A stretch of 64,000 bases of DNA, taken from assembly GCA_944387405.1 (NCBI GenBank), contig CALXET010000003.1:143758-207757 (forward strand), given 5' to 3'. Below are positions 48,867 to 58,060 of the stretch, in pieces. Each line of letters starts with the position of its first letter. Within the stretch, counting starts at the first letter, position 1. The stretch comes from an uncultured Clostridia bacterium (lineage in GTDB: Bacteria > Bacillota > Clostridia > TANB77 > CAG-508). The notes beneath the pieces were generated by a model that did no database searches, was not told the DNA's origin, and worked only from the letters and a program-made list of their open reading frames with translations. A program made the translations under genes and the position numbers.

Positions 48867-51800
48867 TCATACTATTTCAACATTATTTTCTCCAACAATT
48901 TCTTTAAATACATTTACAATCTCTTCTGTTAAATAAATTGCTCCACATGGTTTTACTTGAGCTTTGTCTACAACTTGAACTTTAACATTAACTCTATCTC
49001 CACTAAAGAACTTAATTGCCCCTCTTAATCTTTTTTTAGTTTTTTCATCTAGTTCAGTAATATCTATTTGCATTGTTGTATATCTTTTCTTTTGTTTATC
49101 AATTTCGTTTTCATTAAATTCTCTTATGTCTCTTACTACAATTTTAGGAGTATCATCTTCTTTTATACTTAATCTTCCATCTATTAATACAATATTTTCA
49201 TCAAAAAGAATATTACTTACTCTATTATATACACTATCGAATATTATTATTTCTACACTTCCATATAAATCTTCTACCGTAACAAATGCCATAATTGTAT
49301 TCTTCTTAGTATATTTTTTCTTTACAGAGGTTATTGTTCCAGCATATTTTACATTTTGTCCATCTTTAAAATTTGTATCACTGTCGTTATCTCCTATTTT
49401 CTTTAAATCTAATGAATTAATATTAGTATTTTTAATAATACTTTCTCTAATTGAATCTAAAGGGTGTCCTGATATATATATTCCAAGCATTTCTTTTTCT
49501 TGTGATAATAATTCTTTTTTATCAAGTTCTGGTAAAACTGTATAATTATATTTTATCTCATCTGACGCCTCATCTGATACTATATCAAACATAGTAACCT
49601 GATTTGCTAGCGAATTTCTATTCTGATTATTTATTGTATCTAATATTCCCTCAAATGAAGCTAAAAGAGTGTTTCTTGTCTGTTCCATATCATCAAAACA
49701 ACCTGCTTTAATAAGAGATTCTACACACTTTTTATTTATATTTTCATCTTTAATTCTTTCACAAAAATCAGTAAAACTCTTAAACTCTCCATTCTTATTT
49801 CTTTCATTTACAATATTATTTACAGCAGCTACACCAACATTTTTAATACTTCCCATTCCAAATCTTATCTTTCCATCTTGTACTGTAAATTTAGTAAAAC
49901 TTTTATTTATATTTGGTTTTAATATTTCTATATTTAATCTTCTGCATTCATCAATATATACAGGAACTTTATCTAAATTTCCTAAAAAACTATTTAATGT
50001 TGCTGCCATAAATTCTTCAGTATAATAATATTTTAAATATGCTGTCCTATATGATACTACAGAATATGCAGCAGCATGTGATTTATTAAAAGCATATTTT
50101 GCAAACTCTGCCATCTCATCAAATATCTTATTAGCAGATGCTTCATCTATACCGTTTCTTATACACCCTGGAACTATAATATTTCCATTTTCATCTACTT
50201 GTCCATGAATAAAATATTCTCTTTCTTTTGCCATTACATCTAACTTCTTCTTACCCATTGCTCTTCTTACTAAGTCAGCTCTACCTAGAGAATATCCTGC
50301 TAAATCTCTTACTATTTGCATAACTTGTTCTTGGTATACCATACAACCATAAGTTACATTTAATATTGGTTCTAATGCTGGATGAGTATATTCATTATGT
50401 CCTGGATGTCTCTTTCCTTTAATATACCTCGGAATTTGATCCATCGGACCTGGTCTATATAATGAAACACCAGCAATTATATCTTCTAAACAATCTGGCT
50501 TTAATTCTTTCATGAAATTAGTCATTCCTGCACTTTCAAATTGGAATATTCCGCATGTATTTCCATCTGCCCATTGTTTATAAACATTTTGATCATTCAT
50601 ATCTTTGTCAAATTCAACATTTATGCCTCTTGTTTGTTTAACAAGTTTTATACAATCTGATATAACAGTTAAAGTTCTTAATCCTAAAAAGTCCATCTTT
50701 AAAAGTCCAAGTTCTTCTAAAAGAGTCATTGTATATTGTGTTGAAACATTACCATCGTTCAAATATAGGGGTACATACGTATCTACTGGATCTTTTGTAA
50801 TTACTACTCCACAAGCATGTGTTGAAGCTTGTCTTGGAAGTCCTTCAAGTGAAATTGCAATATCTATTAATTGTTTAACATTTGGATCTGAATCATACCA
50901 TTCTTTAAGCTCTCTATTTTGCTCTAAAGCTTTTTTAATCGTTATATGAATCTCCATTGGAATCATTTTTGCAAGTTTATCTGTCTCAGAATATGGAAAA
51001 TCTAACACTCTTCCTACGTCTCTAATTACCATTCTTGCTGCCATTGTACCAAATGTTATAATTTGTGATACATGATCATTTCCATATTTTCTCCCAACAT
51101 AATCTATAACCTCTTGTCTTCTTTCATAGCAAAAATCAACATCAAAATCTGGCATACTAATTCTTTCAGGATTTAAAAATCTTTCAAAAATTAAATTATA
51201 CTTTATAGGATCTATGTCAGTTATTCCAATACAATATGCTGCCATAGAACCTGCACCTGATCCTCTTCCTGGTCCTACTGGAATTCCTACACTTTTAGCA
51301 TAATTTATAAAATCCCAAACTATTAAGAAATAATCTACATATCCCATCTTTTCAATTATTGAGATTTCATACTCTAATCTATCTTTTAATTCTTTAGATG
51401 GATTTTCTCCATATCTATTTTTAAAACCATCATAGCAAAGTTTTTTAAAGTAATCTGCATGTGTTGCAAACTCTTCTGGAACATCATAATTTGGAAGTTT
51501 TGTAACACCAAATTCAAAATCATAATTACATTTTTCTGCTATTTTTACTGTATTTGATACAGCTTCTGGTATGTTTTCAAAATAATCAGACATCTCTTCT
51601 TTAGATTTTATATAAAATTCATCTGTCTCAAATCTCATTCTGTCTTCATCAGACATCTTTTTACCTGTCTGAATACATAATAAAACTTCATGATTATATG
51701 CATCTTCTCTTTTTAAATAATGTGCATCATTCGTGCCAACTAATGGAATATCTAATTTTCTTGCAAGTTCTATTAATTTTTGATTTACCATTATTTGCTC

Positions 51801-52340
51801 TCTTAGTCCATTATTTTGAATTTCTATATAATAATCATCTTTAAATAAATTTTTATACCATAAAGCAATCTCTTCAGCTTTTTCCATATTATTTTGAATA
51901 ATAGCTTGTGGCACCTCTCCCGCTAAACATGCACTTAGACATACTAATCCTTCACTATATTTTTCAAGAATTTCTTTATCTATTCTTGGTTTATAATAAA
52001 AGCCTTCAACAAAAGAAAGGGATACTAGTTTAATTAAATTTTGATACCCTTTTTTATTTTTTACTAACAATATTAAATGATTATATCCTGCATCAATTGA
52101 AGCTTCTTTATCAAATCTAGTTCTTCTTGCTACATAAACTTCACATCCAATAATAGGTTTTATATCATTTTTCTTGCATTCCTTATAAAATTCAACTGCA
52201 CCATACATTACTCCATGATCAGTAAGAGCAATAGCATTCATACCAAGTTCTTTTGCTCTTTTAGGTAAATCTTTAATTCTACTCATTCCATCTAATAAAC
52301 TATATTCACTGTGGACATGTAAGTGCACAAAATCAGACAT
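48867..52340 (-). CDS. dnaE: DNA polymerase III alpha subunit (DnaE type)
   Basis: The N-terminal PHP domain starts HLHVHSEYSLLDG. The polymerase core and the C-terminal OB domain are present. The likely start is the ATG at 52338-52340 (MSDFVHLH) with the RBS AAGGAGAAGG. The track ORF extends upstream to 52373. Confidence 0.9.
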   Translation of the reverse strand: MSDFVHLHVHSEYSLLDGMSRIKDLPKRAKELGMNAIALTDHGVMYGAVEFYKECKKNDIKPIIGCEVYVARRTRFDKEASIDAGYNHLILLVKNKKGYQNLIKLVSLSFVEGFYYKPRIDKEILEKYSEGLVCLSACLAGEVPQAIIQNNMEKAEEIALWYKNLFKDDYYIEIQNNGLREQIMVNQKLIELARKLDIPLVGTNDAHYLKREDAYNHEVLLCIQTGKKMSDEDRMRFETDEFYIKSKEEMSDYFENIPEAVSNTVKIAEKCNYDFEFGVTKLPNYDVPEEFATHADYFKKLCYDGFKNRYGENPSKELKDRLEYEISIIEKMGYVDYFLIVWDFINYAKSVGIPVGPGRGSGAGSMAAYCIGITDIDPIKYNLIFERFLNPERISMPDFDVDFCYERRQEVIDYVGRKYGNDHVSQIITFGTMAARMVIRDVGRVLDFPYSETDKLAKMIPMEIHITIKKALEQNRELKEWYDSDPNVKQLIDIAISLEGLPRQASTHACGVVITKDPVDTYVPLYLNDGNVSTQYTMTLLEELGLLKMDFLGLRTLTVISDCIKLVKQTRGINVEFDKDMNDQNVYKQWADGNTCGIFQFESAGMTNFMKELKPDCLEDIIAGVSLYRPGPMDQIPRYIKGKRHPGHNEYTHPALEPILNVTYGCMVYQEQVMQIVRDLAGYSLGRADLVRRAMGKKKLDVMAKEREYFIHGQVDENGNIIVPGCIRNGIDEASANKIFDEMAEFAKYAFNKSHAAAYSVVSYRTAYLKYYYTEEFMAATLNSFLGNLDKVPVYIDECRRLNIEILKPNINKSFTKFTVQDGKIRFGMGSIKNVGVAAVNNIVNERNKNGEFKSFTDFCERIKDENINKKCVESLIKAGCFDDMEQTRNTLLASFEGILDTINNQNRNSLANQVTMFDIVSDEASDEIKYNYTVLPELDKKELLSQEKEMLGIYISGHPLDSIRESIIKNTNINSLDLKKIGDNDSDTNFKDGQNVKYAGTITSVKKKYTKKNTIMAFVTVEDLYGSVEIIIFDSVYNRVSNILFDENIVLIDGRLSIKEDDTPKIVVRDIREFNENEIDKQKKRYTTMQIDITELDEKTKKRLRGAIKFFSGDRVNVKVQVVDKAQVKPCGAIYLTEEIVNVFKEIVGENNVEIV

Positions 52341-52426
52341 AATCCTTCTCCTTTTTTTACGTAAATATATCACACTATCCCCAATTTATCAACATAATTT
52401 GGAAAGTTACAAACACTTAATTTTTC

Positions 52427-52455
52427 TTGACAATGTTATATTTCTGTATTATACT
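52427..52455 (+). promoter_or_regulatory. Near-consensus sigma-A promoter on the plus strand (TTGACA, 17-nt spacer, TATACT)
   Basis: TTGACA at 52427-52432, a 17-nt spacer and TATACT at 52450-52455. The reverse complement of the same region contains TATAAT, which could serve dnaE on the minus strand. Confidence 0.45.
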
Positions 52456-52461
52456 TAAGCT

Positions 52462-52676
52462 CCAATAAGTAAGCCTTACCACATCTAAAAAAGGTGTTTA
52501 AATAAGGAGGCATTGCTTTTGTGATAGTTGCTTAGCAATCCCATGCTACACCCTGCGACTATTACAAGTATATATTTTTGAGAAATAATATTCTAGTTGA
52601 ATTTATTTTTTATAATATATATTTAGGAGCAATAAACCGACCTCTTGGATCTTTCCAAGAGGTCTTACCTTTTTAT
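52462..52676 (+). ncRNA. Candidate small RNA of about 215 nt, of unknown family
   Basis: It is bounded by the plus-strand promoter above and by an intrinsic terminator (gacctcttgga-tctt-tccaagaggtc, then TTACCTTTTTATT) at 52639-52676. There is no plus-strand CDS for more than 5 kb downstream. The interior contains a GGAGG element and several short hairpins (attgct...agcaat). Confidence 0.3.
52639..52676. terminator. Bidirectional intrinsic terminator (11-bp perfect stem) shared by the S4-domain gene (-) and the candidate sRNA (+)
   Basis: gacctcttgga / tccaagaggtc with a 4-nt loop. The T-run is on the plus side. The stop codon of the S4-domain gene is at 52680. Confidence 0.6.
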
Positions 52677-52679
52677 TAT

Positions 52680-52916
52680 TTATAATAATTTTATTATATC
52701 TGAAATATTTCCATTTTGAACTTTTGGAATCGATATAATCTCAAATTTAGATACTTTGTCTCCAAATTGTATTTCTACAACATCTCCAACTTTTACATCA
52801 AAACTTGGTTTAACAACCTTTCCATTAATTGATACTCTTCCCATATCTATAACCTCATTTGCAACACTTCTTCTTTTTATTACTCTACTCATTTTTAAAA
52901 ATTTGTCTATTCTCAT
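52680..52916 (-). CDS. S4-domain RNA-binding protein (Hsp15/YabO/RqcP-like)
   Basis: 78 aa. The S4 fold pattern is [49 protein letters not shown]. Confidence 0.6.
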   Translation of the reverse strand: MRIDKFLKMSRVIKRRSVANEVIDMGRVSINGKVVKPSFDVKVGDVVEIQFGDKVSKFEIISIPKVQNGNISDIIKLL

Positions 52917-52953
52917 ACATTCTCCTTTATTCTTTTAATAATAAATATTAAAT

Positions 52954-53694
52954 TTAATATTCAACCTTTACTAGATATAATCCATGTGGTGGCAAGGTCT
53001 TACCTGCTCTTTTTCTATCTTTTGATTCAATAATTTCAGGAATAGATTTTTCATCTATTTTTCCAAGTCCTACGTCTACTAGTGTCCCAGCAATTATTCT
53101 AACCATATTATATAAAAATCCGCTTCCCGTTAAAGAAATTATTATTCTATCTCCATCTTTTGTAACATCTGCATCAAAAATAGTTCTAACACTGCTTTTA
53201 CTACTTGTACCACTAGCTTTAAATCCTTTAAAATCATGTTCTCCTATAAAATGTTTTACTGCTTTTTTCATTTCTTCTACATTTAATTTTTGTGGCACAT
53301 GATATTCTAAGGCTCTATATATTGCTGTTCCAGTTTCTGAATTATTTATTACATATTTATATGTTTTTGATTTAACACAATATCTACTATGAAACCTTTC
53401 ATCGACTTCTTCTGCTGATTTTATTACAATACTCTTTTTTAATTTTGAATTAATTGCTATAGCAAATTTTTCTATTGGAATCTTATCATTATTAGTTACA
53501 AAATTTGCTGTCTGACCAAAACTATGTACACCTGCATCAGTTCTTCCAGAAGCTATTAAATTTACTTTTTCATCCCCTGTAACTTCGCAAATTGCCCTTT
53601 CAATTTCTCCTTGTATATTCAATTTATCTGGCTGTTTTTGCCATCCATTAAAATTCTTACCATCATATTCTATTATTAATTTAATATTTCTCAT
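52954..53694 (-). CDS. truA: tRNA pseudouridine(38-40) synthase
   Basis: 246 aa. The catalytic Asp context is IASGRTDAGVHSFGQ. The C-terminal LYNMVRIIAGTL is present. Confidence 0.9.
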   Translation of the reverse strand: MRNIKLIIEYDGKNFNGWQKQPDKLNIQGEIERAICEVTGDEKVNLIASGRTDAGVHSFGQTANFVTNNDKIPIEKFAIAINSKLKKSIVIKSAEEVDERFHSRYCVKSKTYKYVINNSETGTAIYRALEYHVPQKLNVEEMKKAVKHFIGEHDFKGFKASGTSSKSSVRTIFDADVTKDGDRIIISLTGSGFLYNMVRIIAGTLVDVGLGKIDEKSIPEIIESKDRKRAGKTLPPHGLYLVKVEY

Positions 53695-53870
53695 TTTATT
53701 AGTACCTCATATTTTAAATCTATCAAAAGCTATTATATTACATATTTATACCATTCTTAAGTCATTTTGTAAACAAATAAAAATTACAAATATCGTAATT
53801 AATTTATTTTAAGATAATAAATAAATCATCGGATCACCTTCTCTTGGCGACCCGACTTTATTCATCACAT

Positions 53871-54287
53871 TTAATGAATAATTTTATCAATGTAGAAATT
53901 TTTTAAATCTATAATATATTCCACATTGACAGGAGTTGATATTGCGCACTCTCTGAGCACCGCTTCGAAAAAACCAGTTTCTGCAGTAATACTGAGTTTG
54001 TTTTTTTCTCTTCCAAAAAATCTTTTTCTCGGATGAAACTTCTTGTTTTCCGGAGCATCTGCATTCTGCATTATTGACAGAACCTCACTATAGACGACTT
54101 TCTTTACAATAGAAGGTTCTTTCTTCATCCTCTGATTCCAGTACTCCACTTCACCTAAGTCATCCATAGCAGTTGCTCTCCAGAATTCGAGATTTTCTAA
54201 ATGATTCCGGCTAACACATTCTGCAAAAGCAGTAGCTACATCTTCTAAAGACTTTCCTTCAAAGATTCTTCCTTCTCTTCTTTCCAT
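53871..54287 (-). CDS. Hypothetical protein with a GC-rich N-terminal two-thirds (last gene of the three-gene cassette)
   Basis: 138 aa. The RBS is AAGGAGAAGG. The first roughly 300 nt are about 40% GC, against roughly 25% around it, by eye, and the 3' end reverts to AT-rich. No recognisable motif. Confidence 0.5.
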   Translation of the reverse strand: MERREGRIFEGKSLEDVATAFAECVSRNHLENLEFWRATAMDDLGEVEYWNQRMKKEPSIVKKVVYSEVLSIMQNADAPENKKFHPRKRFFGREKNKLSITAETGFFEAVLRECAISTPVNVEYIIDLKNFYIDKIIH

Positions 54288-54369
54288 ACATCCTTCTCCT
54301 TACTAAAGCATCTCTGTGACATGATTATTATATCATCAATACAATTTTTAATCAATTATGTAAACAGCT

Positions 54370-55068
54370 TTACTTGCTTAATATCCAATCTACAATTACT
54401 TTTTTTATTTCATAGTATTCTTGTTCTGTAAATTGCATATTAGCAATACAAAATCTTCTACTTGATATGTGAGAACAAAACATACATTCATATAAATTAT
54501 TACAATCTTGAATAAAATATGAATTTACTATTTTAGCAGAACATATTACATTATAACTATTAGAACAAGCTGTGGAATCATCTACTCTAATACAATTTAT
54601 TGAATTTCCTGTTCTTTGAGAAGCAATTACTCCTTCACAATCTCCACATCCATCTGAGAAAATCATGTTTTTACATTTTCTGCAATCTGTTGATCTAAAT
54701 ATATTTTCCGAATCATATATAGTATCACTTTCAGATACATTTATTGAATTATATATTCTCTCTGTCGTTGTAAAATTAATTCTATTCCATATATTTATTA
54801 TGTCTTCTAAAGACTTTATTTCTCTTTTAGAAACCATCCACCCTTTCGCTTTATCATATTTTCTCATTGTATCTTGCTTAATATATTTTTTAGAATTTTC
54901 CATTTCAGACCATGTTATTTCTCCTGTCACGCTGTCTTTAACTTGTTTTGGGAGTTTAACATCAAAAGCAAATTTTTCCTCTAGTTCCTCAATTGTAAAT
55001 GGACATTCTCTTCCAAATATATTAAAAAATACCTTTGAAATTTCTTTTTCTACTTCTAATCTATTCAT
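54370..55068 (-). CDS. Cys-rich hypothetical protein (multiple CxxC pairs in the C-terminal half; possible metal-binding domain)
   Basis: 232 aa. The C-terminal roughly 100 residues contain 14 Cys, including CRKC, CGDC and CMFC. The start ATG overlaps the stop of the upstream ATPase gene by 8 nt (ATGAATAG). Confidence 0.5.
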   Translation of the reverse strand: MNRLEVEKEISKVFFNIFGRECPFTIEELEEKFAFDVKLPKQVKDSVTGEITWSEMENSKKYIKQDTMRKYDKAKGWMVSKREIKSLEDIINIWNRINFTTTERIYNSINVSESDTIYDSENIFRSTDCRKCKNMIFSDGCGDCEGVIASQRTGNSINCIRVDDSTACSNSYNVICSAKIVNSYFIQDCNNLYECMFCSHISSRRFCIANMQFTEQEYYEIKKVIVDWILSK

Positions 55069-56947
55069 ATCTTATTTTTCTCCTACTCGTAGATTGTGAT
55101 TCCATTAATTTTTTTATATCAAACTTATTATCACCAATTTTAAATCCTATATTTTTTAATAACTTATTTTTTCTGTTATCATCTTTAGCATCTGGCTTCA
55201 TTAATATTTGATTTTTATTTTTGGGGATTGGTTTAAAATCTATTGTTCTAGCTCTAAATGCAGGAATAAGAACTCCATTTTTAGTTATTCTTACTATACA
55301 ATCTCTATTTGGTAGTTCTGTTAAAAGTTTAATCCTATTATGATATGTATTTTTTACCGCCATTTCCATTTGTAATTGATTATTTAAAATCATAGCATCT
55401 TCTCTAGAAATTCTAAATGAATAATAATTCATTACATTTGAAAAAATCGCATCTTGTAAATCTTCACTTATTTGTCCAAAATATTGCCCTGCAAGTATTA
55501 TTGACAAATTATATTTTCTAGCTTCAGAAAGTAAATTTTTAAGTATTGGATTTTCTACTACAGCAACTTCATCAATTATTAAAATTAAATGTTCTAAAAA
55601 AGCATGTCTTTGAACTAATTGAAATATTACTCCCATTATAAGTCCCGCTATTGTTTTAGTAACTTTTTCTCCAAGTTCTGCTTGATTTAAAGAAAATATA
55701 GTTAAAAAATTATTTCTAATCTCATTTTCAATGTTTTTTTCATTTTTTTCTCTAAAGCATGGCAACATTTGCATTTCATCAATAAGAGCAATTATCGGAG
55801 ATATAGCTTCAGTATATGAATTTGTCTTTATCTCATTAAAATCAGAACCAAAAAACTCTTTGATATGTGATTCTACATCATCAGATTCTCTTAACAATTT
55901 ATTTCTAAATTCAGTATCTATTATTAATTTTCTTAAATTTTCAAAATCTAATTTCTCCTTTTTAAGTAATAAATAAATACTATGTCTTAACACTCTTTCA
56001 AGCTTTGAATTAAATTCTTCTCCAAACACACTTTTTAATACAGTAAGTAATATTTCTGTTCCACTACTTACATTTTTATTTGAATTAATTAGGAGGTCAA
56101 CACTACTAGATTTTTTCTTCATATCAATTACTTGTGTTTCATCCAATCCACCTATATCATTTTCTATTGAACTATGTGGATCTATCATCACAATTTTGTA
56201 ATCTGCTTTAAAATTTTTATTATCATAAATATTTTTTATCATTTGCGCTATAAGTTTAGATTTTCCAGTTCCACTTCCACCTACTATCAATGAATGTTTA
56301 TCAAAATCATAATTTTCAATATTTAAAAAATATTTATTCTGTGAATATGGAAAAGTATTTACTTCTAGCATATTGTCTTTCTTTTCATCTGTTTCAAACA
56401 TATGTATAGATTTTTGAATTTGCAAATATTTACTTCCTTCTTTTACATATGAAAATCTAGTATGCTTTGAAAAATCAACACTAAGTTGAATATGAGGAAT
56501 AAAAAATATAGTTCTTCCTTTTGATTTATTCCCCCTTTCATGTTCAAAATATAATTTAGCCTTAGTAAAATAATTAGTTTTAGAAAAAGATGTAAAAGTA
56601 ATTTCAACTTGCTTTAAAAACTGTCTATATTTTGATTCATTTCTATCATAAATATCTACCAAGTTGTTTTCATATTTTCTTACTAAATATAAATATTCTA
56701 TTAAAGTCTTTTCTCTCTTAAAAGAATCTATTTTTTTTATCAGAAAACTACCTGAACAACTAAGAACAGTAGGAAGTTTTTTTCTAGATACTATATAATA
56801 TTTAATTACACTTCTTTCGATTTTTACATATAACTTCCAACTTCTAAAAAATCCATTTAGATTTGAAATCTCTAATAAAAATTTTAACCATTCATTTTCA
56901 TCTATATAGTCAGAAGTTAAATATATTTCATACATATATCTCTTCAT
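55061..56947 (-). CDS. P-loop NTPase of the FtsK/HerA/TraG (AAA-like, DUF87-type) superfamily with an uncharacterised N-terminal domain of about 220 aa
   Basis: 628 aa. The Walker A is SLIVGGSGTGKSKLI (about residues 220-234). The Walker B is HLILIIDEVAVVEN. No TM segments. Confidence 0.6.
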   Translation of the reverse strand: MKRYMYEIYLTSDYIDENEWLKFLLEISNLNGFFRSWKLYVKIERSVIKYYIVSRKKLPTVLSCSGSFLIKKIDSFKREKTLIEYLYLVRKYENNLVDIYDRNESKYRQFLKQVEITFTSFSKTNYFTKAKLYFEHERGNKSKGRTIFFIPHIQLSVDFSKHTRFSYVKEGSKYLQIQKSIHMFETDEKKDNMLEVNTFPYSQNKYFLNIENYDFDKHSLIVGGSGTGKSKLIAQMIKNIYDNKNFKADYKIVMIDPHSSIENDIGGLDETQVIDMKKKSSSVDLLINSNKNVSSGTEILLTVLKSVFGEEFNSKLERVLRHSIYLLLKKEKLDFENLRKLIIDTEFRNKLLRESDDVESHIKEFFGSDFNEIKTNSYTEAISPIIALIDEMQMLPCFREKNEKNIENEIRNNFLTIFSLNQAELGEKVTKTIAGLIMGVIFQLVQRHAFLEHLILIIDEVAVVENPILKNLLSEARKYNLSIILAGQYFGQISEDLQDAIFSNVMNYYSFRISREDAMILNNQLQMEMAVKNTYHNRIKLLTELPNRDCIVRITKNGVLIPAFRARTIDFKPIPKNKNQILMKPDAKDDNRKNKLLKNIGFKIGDNKFDIKKLMESQSTSRRKIRYE

Positions 56948-56987
56948 ACAGAATCACCATCTTAATATTACTACACAAATTAAAAAT

Positions 56988-57023
56988 AAGACTGACTTTT
57001 TCTGTATGAAAAAAATCAGTCTT
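56988..57023. terminator. Intrinsic terminator downstream of the AraC/GyrI gene (aagactgactttttc ... aaaaaaatcagtctt) that insulates the ATPase cassette
   Basis: An inverted repeat of about 14 bp with flanking T-runs on both strands, 40 nt upstream of the ATPase start. Confidence 0.5.
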
Positions 57024-57058
57024 AAATTTTTATTTATCATCTTTAATTTATTTTATAA

Positions 57059-57868
57059 TTAATTTTCTATTGGAATTAAAAACTCTACTATATTATCATG
57101 ATAATACTCTAGCTCTGGAAGCTCTCTAAATTTATATTTAGTACTAGGAATAAACTCTTTATAAAATCGTTGTGTCACATTTTGAATATCTTCAGTTTCT
57201 TGAGAGTTTATTTTAAATACAATCCATTTAGATTTTGGTATTACTATTTTAGAAAATCCTTTTTTATTTATTTTTTTATCAGTCAATACCCAATATGCAC
57301 ATTCTTTTTGATTAAATCTATCTTTATACGATGTCATCCCATAATTAAAATTATCATATATATCTTTATATTTCTTTTCTAAGTCTATCCATAATCTAGG
57401 AGCTATCTCTTTTATATGTCCTATATCTGTTTTTTCGCAAACACCATATAATATAAATTCATCCTTTTCTATAATACTATATTCTATACTCTGTCTTTGT
57501 TCTACGTTTTCATTAAATGATATTCTTGAAAAAACTTTTAATCCATCAGGATGTTTTTTTACCTGACTTGGTTTTATACCATGATATTTTTCAAATGCCC
57601 TTGAAAATGATGTTGCATTATTGTATTGATATTTTATTGCAATATCCATTACTGTTTCATTCGTATTATATAAATCATATCCTGCATTTGATAATCTTCT
57701 TTTTCTAATATATTCTGATATTGATATATTACACAAAACATAAAAAATATTTTGAGCAGAATATTCATTCATCTCTAAAATTTGTGATATTTTTTTATAA
57801 TCAATCTTATCTTCCAAATTACTTTCTATATAGTCTATTGCTTTGTTTAATAAAGTATAAATATTCAT
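57059..57868 (-). CDS. AraC-family transcriptional regulator with a C-terminal GyrI-like effector-binding domain
   Basis: 269 aa. The N-terminal AraC HTH is ISQILEMNEYSAQNIFYVLCNISISEYIRKRRLSNAGYDL...YNNATSFSRAFEKYHGIKPSQ. The C-terminal half fits the GyrI-like fold. Confidence 0.7.
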   Translation of the reverse strand: MNIYTLLNKAIDYIESNLEDKIDYKKISQILEMNEYSAQNIFYVLCNISISEYIRKRRLSNAGYDLYNTNETVMDIAIKYQYNNATSFSRAFEKYHGIKPSQVKKHPDGLKVFSRISFNENVEQRQSIEYSIIEKDEFILYGVCEKTDIGHIKEIAPRLWIDLEKKYKDIYDNFNYGMTSYKDRFNQKECAYWVLTDKKINKKGFSKIVIPKSKWIVFKINSQETEDIQNVTQRFYKEFIPSTKYKFRELPELEYYHDNIVEFLIPIEN

Positions 57869-58060
57869 TATTCTTCTCCAATTTTTATAACTTTTTTCTC
57901 TAAAAATTAATTTTATTATCTTTTATTTTTTCTTTTATTCTTTTTTAATTAATTTTACCAATTTATAAATAATTGATAAAATTCTAATTCTATTGTATAA
58001 TTATACAATAATAATTAATAAAAATCTATAAATTATAAAAATTAAGAGAGGATAAAAAAT

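Noticed and set aside
2291-50949. Numerous 60-140-aa plus-strand ORFs nested antisense or out of frame inside large minus-strand genes (e.g. 2291-2524, 8212-8406, 9018-9715, 13125-13556, 21488-22161, 27041-27442, 31863-32228, 49126-50949)
   Set aside because: They have no RBS and are low-complexity (Ser/Leu/Phe/Ile-rich) mirror images of AT-rich coding DNA. The overlapping genes have clear conserved motifs.
48867-52373. Considered PolC for the 1168-aa polymerase
   Set aside because: The PHP domain is N-terminal and contiguous, and the length is about 1160 aa. PolC is about 1430 aa with an internal exonuclease domain and a split PHP domain. DnaE fits.
52462-52676. Tried to assign the candidate sRNA to 6S RNA, SRP RNA or a T-box
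   Set aside because: No closing-stem complementarity between the 5' and 3' ends (as in 6S) was found, and there is no SRP domain IV or T-box consensus. It is left as an unknown family.
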